Part shown: positions 13,249 to 23,156 of the stretch, in pieces | Layout of the letters: every line of letters starts with the position of its first letter | Numbering within the stretch: the stretch's first letter is position 1 | The notes under the pieces: generated by a model | Database searches by the model: none | Seen by the model: only the letters and a program-made list of their open reading frames with translations | Told to the model about the DNA's origin: nothing | Made by a program: the position numbers and the translations under genes | Assembly (NCBI GenBank): GCA_000320545.1 | Contig: ADNK01000094.1 | Coordinates: forward strand, 1 to 64,000 | Length of the DNA: 64,000 nt | Direction: 5' to 3' | DNA from: Bigelowiella natans CCMP2755 | Lineage: Eukaryota > Protista > Cercozoa

Positions 13249-14951
13249 ATGAGCTTTTGGACGGCGAAGGACGGATACTTAGCGTCCGGCGGTGACGTTG
13301 CGGTCGGCAAAATGAACCTCTCCGAGGCTTTTACGAAAGCCAGCTTGCTTGGAGCGACCGGGTTTTGCTTCAAGTCGGCGAGTGCGTCGCCCAGTGGCAA
13401 GGTGGACGTGTTCATCAAGGACAGCCAATGTGTAGCGGGAGGAGTACAACGAAACAAGAACTGGTAGACCTATGAGGCAGCTTATGAAGTAAAGAATGGC
13501 TACCTCGTGTCCGGGGGTGACATGCACGTTGGGAGGATGACTGTGCGTGATGCGTTAGCTAAGGCTACCGAACTGGGATCTAAAGGATTTTGCATATCAG
13601 CAAAAACACTCCCCAAAGCAGATGAGAAAGTTAAAGTTTGGATTAAGGATGCGAATTGTGTTGACAGAGGTGTATCAGCATCTCAAGGGTGGTTCTCATA
13701 CCTTGCAACAGGTTGACTTTTTGATTCAAGTATGCATCATCTCTCTAATTTTGCTGAATTCCCAGGTTCTGTAAATACACCAACTAAGGCGCCCACTCCA
13801 ATGCACGAATCGATCAACCGACAAATCCGTAAGCGGCGAGTACACAATGACGTTAGAGTTCACAACCAGAACGCTGGAGAAACTAAGGCTATTGGCTCTG
13901 CAAGCAAGGTTATCCACGGCAATCGCAACGCCAAAGGGAAGATCTATGAGGTTCACAGCATCAATGGGTTCAAAATTTTCATCGAAAAGGGAGCTTTCGC
14001 ATCGACCTTTGGTCTTAAGGAATGTGTATACGCCGATACTGCAGAAATTCTCATGCCCAAAAGTGCTACTGAACTTCTGCAAAAGTGGGCTCCAATATGG
14101 ATCAACATCAGCTCTAGTGCACAAGGAAAAGAGCAGAGCGGGGCTTGGTGTCACTTCTCTGGTGCTGGATTATGGTTAAAGAAATACGATCAGATGCCAG
14201 AGAAGGCGGGTAGGGTTGAGATCCTGAATGCTGGACACTATCTAGGATGGAATCAGCCTGCATGCTACTTCACGAACTATGTCATGCATATCACAACTAC
14301 AGACGCCCAGCTGGTATACAAAAAATACTTGATGAAGCTTACGGAAAGGCGATGAAAACAGGTAAGTATGCGACGTCTGAAAGGGGTGGTACAGGCTCGA
14401 ACAGCAAACACTATGCTGCAACCAATAGCTCAGAGTACTTTGCTGAAGCCTGCGAAGCCTTCATCTCTTCACGCCGTTTCCGAAACGACTACTTTCCATA
14501 TATTCATTGCGAGTTGAAAGGGTACGATCCTATTGCTTATAAAATGGTTGAGGATGCTTTCGGGATCAAAGGTTCGATTTGAATTCATTGTTGTTGTGAT
14601 TCTTATGTTTTCCCAGGGCCTGTCTGAATGGTTACTATTGTGTTTTGTTTGAAAGGCGAGGACCAATGCAGTCGAGCAGAGTTAACGGATAGTTGGGTGT
14701 CCCGATTATCTAAACTCGATATGAAGGGTCTAGCCAGTAATTTTGCGAGTGCTGATGTGAACAAGAATGGAAAGCTGGATCAAAATGAAGTTCAGAAAAT
14801 CCTACCAAAAGTAGGGCTACTACACATTAGCCCGAGCCAAATATCTGCAATCATCATGGCTGCAGATGTCGATAATGATGGGCAACTTAGTTATGCAGAG
14901 TTGACATCGTGGTTGACGACAAAAGCTGGCTCGTGGCTGAAGAAGAAATAG
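13249..14951 (+). pseudogene. Disrupted gene: two ~75-aa N-terminal repeats + HExxH zinc metallopeptidase + two EF-hands
   Basis: Repeats GYLxSGGDxxVGxMxxxxAxxKAxxLGxxGFC...KVxVxIKDxxCV are separated by an in-frame TAG (13465-13467). The peptidase reads PEKAGRVEI...WNQPA, then needs a 1-nt frameshift (~14260) to reach MLLHELCHAYH...YAATNSSEYFAEACEAF...RNDYFPY. The last exon has DVNKNGKLDQNE and DVDNDGQLSYAE. Confidence 0.75.
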
Positions 14952-15120
14952 CACTGAGGCAACAAGAAGCGAGCTGTGCTAGAAAGTGCATTTAGTGAAG
15001 CCATCCATTGCTTGTGAACACGACACAATGGAAGACATGTGTGAAGATGCATGCTAGGATGCGGTGCATGTTGTGTCTACAACCTGTGTGTGCATCACAT
15101 ACACGATGTGTCCATAGTTA

Positions 15121-15920
15121 CGTGCGCACATGCGAATCTTGTTCATGCGATGCCGTGTTTGCGACTGGCGCGCAGGAGCAGCGCAAGCGCAGCATGCCAT
15201 TGATTTGTGCTCCTGTCATCCAGCATGGCAGTTCAATCAATGAAACAAACATGCAAAGAATGCACTAGTGCAGAGAGGACATGCTACTGGCTGCCTCGTT
15301 TGAAATGTCCTTGAAGAGGATGCAGCACTCACACATGACAGCGTGAGGCAGCTGAAGTGCAAAGCAAGGCTTTCAATGGTGCTTCTGCTCCGTGCACGCG
15401 CATGAGTTTGTGAGCACCTGCTGCCGCGCTCTTGTCAAAATTTCCAAATGTTGTGATGCGTCATCAGGCTCACAAGACCCACTAGACACCTTGGGGCCTG
15501 CTGTTGGGCACGGTGAGTCACACTCATCGTCAATTTCCACCCAATGTGTGCAATGTGGGAACACAATGGCCGGACAGCCCAGCTAGCCAGCAGCCATGCA
15601 ATGATTAGGCCCAGAGCCAAGCGAACTCTTCCGTGTTTGCCGTCATCCAACAATCTGGTCTCTTCAGTTGTCGGTGTTGAACGGAAGCTCAGCTCAGGTT
15701 TGCCGCAGCGCTGTCGAATGAATGAATGAATGAATGAAGCGGGTCCTCGGGAGCAGCAAACTAGCAAAGAGTCGTCATTCAAGACCTCAAATCCAGCGGC
15801 AGTCTGGTTTTGCGGCACTAAGTTCCACGGGGAAAAAAATGAGAGTGTGTTTTTTTGGTGTTGTCGCGATGAACAAATCCCCGCATCGTGCACGCAGATT
15901 TGAAACAATGATGGAGCCAG
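15121..15920. other. TpA-depleted, TpG/CpA-enriched intergenic island 1
   Basis: Hand count of 7 TA in 800 bp, all in CTA or TAG context (4 CTAG). Confidence 0.85.
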
Positions 15921-18900
15921 AGGTAGCTCCTGCGCGTTGTCCGATCTGATTTTTGGTACTCATGTGCTCTCCTTACCCGAACGACGACAGATTCTGGCAT
16001 GTGAATGCCTGCGGTTGGAGAGAGCGATCGAGTTGTTTTCGAAAGACCTACAGGTGTGGATCATAACATACATACTGACAACGAGTTTATTGGCTGACAG
16101 AGTGGAAATCTTAGGTGTCAATCAGGAGGTCTACGCTGGCACTAAAGTATCTCTCTGAGCCTCATAGTCAGTCAATATTGGAGAAACTTGGAAATATGAG
16201 AAGGTTACCCAAGCCGCCCCTGTTTGTTACTATCTTTCGAATCATTCATTTGAATGTTTGAATGTGCTTCTTCTCAATTAATCTTAGGAGTGCCTTTGTG
16301 CGGAAAAATAGGGAACTCTCGCATTACCTGAGCAAATCCCTTTCTGCTAGTTGTATTCTATTGAATGTATGTTCGAACCGATCATTTAAGCTTCAATTTT
16401 AGATTTTTATTACAATTATCCAGGAGAAAATCAAAGATCCCAGCATTGAAAAGAAGAAACTTGATCATGAAAACCTGGTTGATAGATGGATAAGACTGCA
16501 TGGGCAAGACTGACTATAAATCATTTCAATAGATAAGCCGAGTTTGGTTGACCATAAAGGAGTATACAAAATTTCCGTCTCGTATAACTTCCACAATTCT
16601 TGCACTTTCGGCTGGTGAATTAGAGGTTCACGCGTAACAACAATCGTTCATCATAGTCAATTGACACTCATATCTCAAATTATTTATGGCAAAGCTGGAT
16701 TTATCCTCGGGATACATTGAGGTAGCCCAAAATCTTCTTAAGGTCCATCCTTCCGCCCATAAATATTTAAACAGTACTCAAAAATTGAAACGTTGAAACC
16801 ACATAGGACCCTGCGTCGTACATATCTAGCTTAAAGAGAAAGCTGAAGTTTGCTGCATCTAACCTCTCACAAAGTAAGATTATCGTACCACAAAATCTTG
16901 CAACGGTTTAGGATATCATCACTGTAGATTCGGTGTCGCTACTCTCCCCATACATTATCGTCCGATACAGCGGTACCGACGACAGTAGCGAAGTGAAAAA
17001 TAAGAACGCAGGTTAGATAGCAAAGAGACATACGTCCTAATAATGTGAGAAGTACTTCCATTTTTGCAGGCCGTGACATCGGAGCTATATCAACTTGGCT
17101 GGGAGAAGCTGTCAGGGTACATGCGAACATCCCATGGAGAGGAACTTGCATCAGACGTGACTCTGCAACACTTCCCAGGAGGGCTACACAGCTTGTCGTT
17201 TGGCAAAAGCAGCGGCTGTAGCAACGCAGGGACTAGAAAAACTTCGAGAAAACGCTCGGAACCTCGGGGTGATTGAATACGTTGGTGTTAATCATTGAGG
17301 AAGCATACAATGTAACGTGCGTGTACAGGTGTCCGCACATTATGAAGATGAAATGAGGAAGAAAGCGGGAAAATGTGGAGGGGTTGGATCACTACTTTCG
17401 GAGCAGATTCCAAGGTTTCGATGCCTTTGATATTATCAACCCTTTTACAACATGCGATTTATCACAGATTACACCTGATGCCCCAGACAAGGAAGATGCT
17501 CCACTCAAGGAAATGGAAATCTGAATACGAAGCATACAAAAAAAGTATTTCAACTTTGACATGGAGAGCGACAATTGATGGCAACAGCAGCAAGAATCAG
17601 ACCAAAACTTTTCAAGAGTTGCCTAAACAACACAAGGCTAATGAGGAAAAGAGGGAAGAATTACACAATATTTCTTTAGGAACGTTAGCTACAGACATTC
17701 TTTTCAAGGTATCCTTATTTATTATAGAGTAGGAGAACCTCTTGTTACTACTTTAGTTTCTCAGCTAAAGGAAGATGATGTGGAAGCAATGAAAGTCATG
17801 GCAAATCCTCCAAAGGATATCGAATTAGTAAGTAAAATTCTATTCTATTTTCATTCCATCGTAACATCATTTTACGAATCAAGAGTTGTCCACTAGGTAA
17901 TGAGAGGGATTTGTATCTTACTTGGCCGCAGTCCGCTAACTTGGGTTACTTCACGTACAGTTTTAGGTGAGCGCCTTCTTTAGATACAGATTCCATTTTT
18001 GCCAACAGATACTAAATGTTTAGGATATTACAATGATGAAGAGGATGAGCGAAGCTTCTTAGAAAAACTCAAATCAGTGGAACTGAAAAGAATCACAATT
18101 TTCGAAGCATGGAAGCTAAGATATCTTGTCTCTATTGAGTTTCAAAAAATCAACCTTCAGGTCTACAATATCATCAGATAGAAGCAGTGCCTAATCGCTC
18201 TAAAACTCAGGAATCCCTTACAGAGGCTGAAGATAATATGATCAACGATCGTCAAAGAGAAGCGCATTGGGAAGTAATAACGATCTTGTGGAATAGGAAA
18301 ACTCCTGAGTACTAATTTTCAACTTAGTGCACCTATCTGGCCACCTCTGCTGCCGTACAGCTTCATGATATTCTAGTTTTGGTTCTTTCTACACCTTAGG
18401 TGAAATGTTGTTGGAGATGAAATTAATGACTCTTCGGTAAATTAGGTTGTGAAAAGGATTGATGAAAGAATTCTACAAAGGGCTGACGAAAGTCTCGCAA
18501 CTGCTTTTACTCCTCTGATACACACATATTCTATTCTAAGGGATTGTGTCGCTCTCCCCGGAGAGATACCTGATCGACTAAATGTAAGTTAACCCATTTC
18601 TTCATAGTCATTGAGAAATTGGAACATAATTATTGTTTCATCAGGCAATATCATGCATCCTAAACAGAACGAATATATCGGTAGACGAGCATATAGAAGT
18701 TGATTCTCCAGCACTTACAAAGCGACAGATGACCAAAATTCTTCTTCATCGAGGAAAGAAAGACGACAGGAAAGGTTTTGTCCAAATGCGGAATGAAGAA
18801 GCAGGGCTGAAAAACATAATTATTAAACGACCTATTTTGCAAAAACGTTCCGTTACACCGCATCTAAGAGTATCATCAAGGAAAACTTTTAGCGTAGATA

Positions 18901-19430
18901 AGCAAAAGCACAGGAAAACAAAATCTATCAATGTGGTTTTGACTAATCCGGCGATAGTACACAAAAGGTCTCCTTCGAAAAAAAAATTAGGTCGGAAAAT
19001 GCGAGTAGCAAGGACATCCAAACCAAAACCAATGACGAAGGTGACTGCAACGAAGGCAATCATAAACCCTCTGTCACCCTCGAGGGGAAGAGAAATAAAA
19101 TCCACAAGATCAACACGAAGGACTACAACCACAAAGGCCAGAAGAGGTTTCGAAAGTTCAAAAACGGGGAAGGTGTCTCCGGATGACACTCCAGAGGATT
19201 CATCAGAGGAATCAAAGAAAAACGACAAAGACAAAAGAAGCTCCTCGGAGCCCCGAAGGCCACGGAGACATAGGAAACAGCGTTTTGTAGACCAGAAAGA
19301 AGGTAATATCGATCTACGGAAGTTGCGAAAATCTCTCATAGATGAGGAAGCATTCTTGAAAGAGCAAATAGAAGCGTTCAAAGTGCGCCTGAAATCCGTT
19401 CAAGAAAAACTCAAGATGCAAGCATGCTGA
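15908..19430 (+). CDS. Multi-exon AT-rich gene with a dynein-stalk microtubule-binding-domain-like segment and a basic low-complexity C-terminus
   Basis: Exons from 17765 give LKEDDVEAMKVMANPPKDIEL|VMRGICILLGRSPLTWVTSRTVL|GYYNDEEDERSFLEKLKSVELKRI, resembling the dynein MTBD. The long K/R/S-rich last exon with a terminal coiled coil ends at 19430. The 5' exons (MMEPE|ILACECLRLERAIELFSKDLQ|...) are tentative. Confidence 0.6.
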
Positions 19431-19560
19431 AGGCAATCATGTGAGGAAAAATAATGTTGCCTCTGATGCTCTGATGCTTCGTTGCAACGACGAGGTAAAA
19501 GAAAGAAAAATCGAGTTTCTCCGCACCGCGCATGGCATGTACTAGACAGGCTGTGGATGA

Positions 19561-21260
19561 AGCTCACAGGTGCCTGTGTTTGCATGCATCGTGTCACATG
19601 CAACCCTCCGTCACGCACACGAGCTCTAACTAGATGCATTGTGTGCAGCCTGCCACTGCCAACGCATTGTGTCCATCCTGCAGCTCGGCGCGCGCCACTG
19701 GAAACAAAAGGCTCATGTCTCACCTCTTGCTTTGTTGCATTGTGCTCATCATCGCGCATGTGACTGGATGGTGACTGCTCAGATCGAGGATGCTGGCATG
19801 CGCTGACCACTCGATGAATCAAGCTGCAAGCCGCTCGTGGCATTGCATTGCCGCGCACACATGCAAGACGCATGCAGCTAGACAGGCTAGCAGGGACAGC
19901 CACAACTGCATCAAGTGTGTAACGAATGGCATGAATTTTCAATTGAGAGTCATTGAGTGCATGTTTGCGCGTTCATGTGCGCCCAGGTGCATGCTTTTTG
20001 CGTGCGTGTGCTGAAGCTTCCATGAAGCTGGTGTGCACACACCCTCATGAGCTTGCAAAACTTGTGGCACGCAAATGCAAATGCGCTAGCGTGTTCAAAA
20101 GTGGCAAGAATTTTTCAATTTTCGCTGGCAGGCGTTGAAAAATGAGGTTTTCAAGCTGAAATTCGAAAAAAAAATCAAATTTGAACCTCAAACAGGCTCA
20201 AGTGTGCTTCCGCAACGTCCAATTGCAACGATTGAGCGCGCCAGGCCGCACGCGCAAAGCACAGTTTGTTCAAAACCCACTCGTCACCGGGATTGACACA
20301 GTTGTGGCAGCGTTGAAGCTGTTCCGATCGAACAGTGGTGGCTGCGCTCATCTAGTCATCTTCACGCTGGCACGCGTGTGGCACTGCACGCGCAGCGTGC
20401 ACGCTGGAGCAGACTGAGTGACAATGACAAATTGCCACAGCCAAACAAATGAACAATGAGACAGCGAGTGAGTGTGTGTGAATTGACTTCAATGCTTGGC
20501 TGGCTGTGCCAGTGTGGTCGAGGGGATCATCGATCGGACGTGCCAGCTGCTCCAGTGCCAGCACAGCTAGCCAACTAGCCAACCTCCCCCAACAAGAGCA
20601 ACCAAAGAACTTTCGAGGGGTTTGCATCACATCCGCCAAGCGGACGACCCGGCGGACGATCCGGCGGACGATCCGGCGGACGACCCGGCGGACAAACTGG
20701 CACTTCGGAAACGATCGTGTCTTGGACTCTGCGGTTGAGGTCTAGATCAAAAAGCTTGGGATGAGTCTGGTCCAAACTTTCCAACGCGTCAAACCCACGG
20801 GCAGACAGGCTGCAGCCCACAATGCGGTGAAGAATGGACCTGGCATTGCAACCCCAACTTGAACGAAAGGCATGAGCCTGATCCAGGGCAAAGTGCTAAC
20901 AAATCCTTTGTCATTGACTCATCAGGCCGCGGACGTCTCCTGCTCTAGACTCAGGAGAGACTAGTCCCAACGGGCCTGCAAATCTTCTTGACCACATTCG
21001 GCCAACAAGAAGCACAAAGGTCGACAGAAATGATCAGCGATGTTTTGCCGATGAGAAACTCCCAGAATCATCACGGTGAATTCGTCTCGAGGAGGACATC
21101 TCTGGAGAGACTCTCAGTGGGAGCACTACCCTGTGACATCTCCAGAGATTTGCCCAGGTTTTTGAGGGAGTGGGCTGTTCCAGACGCCAGCCAGCCAAGT
21201 GGTCTGCTGACACCCTCCAATTTTGGAGCAGAAAGCACGGCCAGAAACTGACTGTGGCGA
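19561..21260. other. TpA-depleted, TpG/CpA-enriched intergenic island 2 (largest)
   Basis: Hand count of 14 TA in 1700 bp: 10 CTAG, 3 other CTA, 1 GTAA. CpG is abundant. Confidence 0.9.
20640..20693. repeat. 12-bp tandem repeat (GCGGACGAYCCG) x ~4.5
   Basis: gcggacgacccg gcggacgatccg gcggacgatccg gcggacgacccg gcggac; there are no spacers. Confidence 0.9.
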
Positions 21261-21563
21261 GAGGTTAGTAAATCAGATTGCCGAAATAGAAGAAGGCGAG
21301 GGAGGGGGGGGGGGGTTGCAGAGTCCGTCAACGCAGCTCGGTCGGTCTCATAGAGAAGCCATGTGTGATGCTGTGCAGACAGGATGGGAAAAGACTTTCT
21401 CCCAATCGAGAAAAAGGAGTTCGATGATATGGGAATAGCGGATAGTCTGGCGGAGTATTACAGCAGTGAGGACAGCGGCAGCGATATGGTCTCTCCGCAT
21501 TCCCTCCCTTGAGTGTCTTCTGCAAGCTAATCTCATCACGCGTACTAAACACAGGAACCTGAC

Positions 21564-22350
21564 ATGTACGAAGACGATGACGAATCCTCCCTAATGTCGG
21601 AAGAAGATGCGCCAGTATGGGCTTTGAAATGCGAAAATTGTTCACAGCTTATCAACAGTCGGGGCATGCTCGTGCATCTCGTCTCTGACGGTATACCTCT
21701 GATCGAGAGAGTGGCCAGATCGAACCCTAATTTTGCCCCTTTCCCTTTCTAGAGGTAGTTACCCTTTACTCCTCAGCTGAGAGTGGAGATGTGGAAGAGA
21801 AGGTGATGATATTAACGAATTGTATCCCCATTGCGAAAGCGTGTGAAGAAGCTTTTTACAGGGAAGTGAAGTGAAGTTCGGCACGTGCGATTGCAAGATT
21901 CGAAAGACCTGTTGTAAATCTTGCTCTTCGGAGGTAGAAGATGTGATTATTTAAAGACGAATTCCGATTACAAATGTAGTAACGAATCGTGTTATTCACA
22001 CCGAGCTCCTATGTGTAAACACCTTTTGCCCTGAATTATCTCTGAGCAAAACCTATTGACTACAGGTCGGCTATAAGGTCACGGCGCCATGCCAGTTATG
22101 CATGTCCCAGCAGAACAATGGGCATTACTGGATGTACACGAACGTAAGCGCGACTGTGCAGACCATCGGCACACATGTCGTAACCTGGAATACCCTGACA
22201 TCCCTGACGAGGAACACGAGCGCGAGCGTATTAAATACTTCAACAGGTAATGAAAACACATCGGGCAATGATGCCAATGCGTCGAGGAGTGAGAGCAAGT
22301 CGGTGGATATGCATACATCGTCCACGGGGAACAATCCGAGTGTATCGTAG
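21564..22350 (+). CDS. FAM72: FAM72 family Cys-rich zinc-binding protein (4 exons)
   Basis: VWALKCENCSQLINSRGMLVHLVSD|..LYSS..|..TCDCKIRKTCCKSCSSE|VGYKVTAPCQLCMSQQNNGHYWMY...VVTWNTL matches the FAM72 pattern (CxxC...SRGM...CxC...CxxC..VGYxVxxPCxxC....NNGHxWM). Confidence 0.85.
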
Positions 22351-23156
22351 AAACCTCGAAAAGCCATAGTGCAGCATGCAAGTAAGTAGCTGTCTGCAAC
22401 AGAGTCAAAATGATATAGGCAATCAATAATAAATTGTGCCGCATAATTAATGAAATCGCACGTTCACATCTAGCAACTAACATTGCATCATCTTGTAAAT
22501 TGGTCGAATAATTCGAGCTATACGATAGAAACCTATAGCCCACACTAAATTATACTTATCTAGATATTGCCAATTTTGCGCTTATTACCAGCTACAGAGT
22601 TACAGACGATAGGCTTTGTCGATCATGGTATAGAATGGCTACACTAATTAGCAAAAATCATGACTAGCTCTAGAGCTGGCGCACGACCGTGTGCATCATC
22701 GCGCTGCTGCTGTCAGCAACGCCAGCAAAAAGCATATGATGTGGCCGTAGCCTACGCGTACAGCGATAAGACAACTTGGATTACGCACTGTCTAGACTGT
22801 GTAATGACTCTGCCAGTATGTACATGTAGTCTTATATTCAGGTATGAACTTGGCGGATACAAGTTATGCGACATCATTTTACACCTGGAGCAATTCCTGA
22901 AGCATGGATATATACTAGGTAGGCTACAAAATCTTGTCCTTCTTATCATCAAATGAGCTCATTACGGACAGGCAATATAACTTATAATGATCATACGCTA
23001 TCATGATGAGAACTGCAGCAGAAAATCACACATCGCACAGCATTTACGCAAAAAGGATCGAAATGCAACGCTTTGGTGTCATATTCTAGCATTTCGCCTT
23101 ATCGACGCGCAAGTCCGCAGGGGAATGTGCTCCGAATAGTGCACCATAGTGCATTT

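Noticed and set aside
13465-13467. TAG as a reassigned codon or pyrrolysine
   Set aside because: TAG is a normal terminator in other genes here (kinesin, Trm112, EF-hand gene), and the same gene also has a frameshift, so decay or assembly error is simpler.
18746-19381. Long antisense ORFs (also 41716-42351, 13726-14154, 7636-8166)
   Set aside because: They are shadows of real exons on the opposite strand.
20640-20693. Short direct repeats as a CRISPR array
   Set aside because: The 12-bp units are contiguous with no spacers, the context is eukaryotic, and no cas genes are present.
19561-21260. CpG-methylation decay or fungal RIP as the cause of the TG/CA excess
   Set aside because: CpG is plentiful and TpA is depleted; RIP would enrich TpA.
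19400-21331. Dense overlapping ORFs on both strands as genes (also 15008-15949 and 37182-37907)
   Set aside because: They are explained by loss of TAA/TAG stops in TA-depleted DNA; the products are Tyr-poor, Cys/His-rich and have no motifs.
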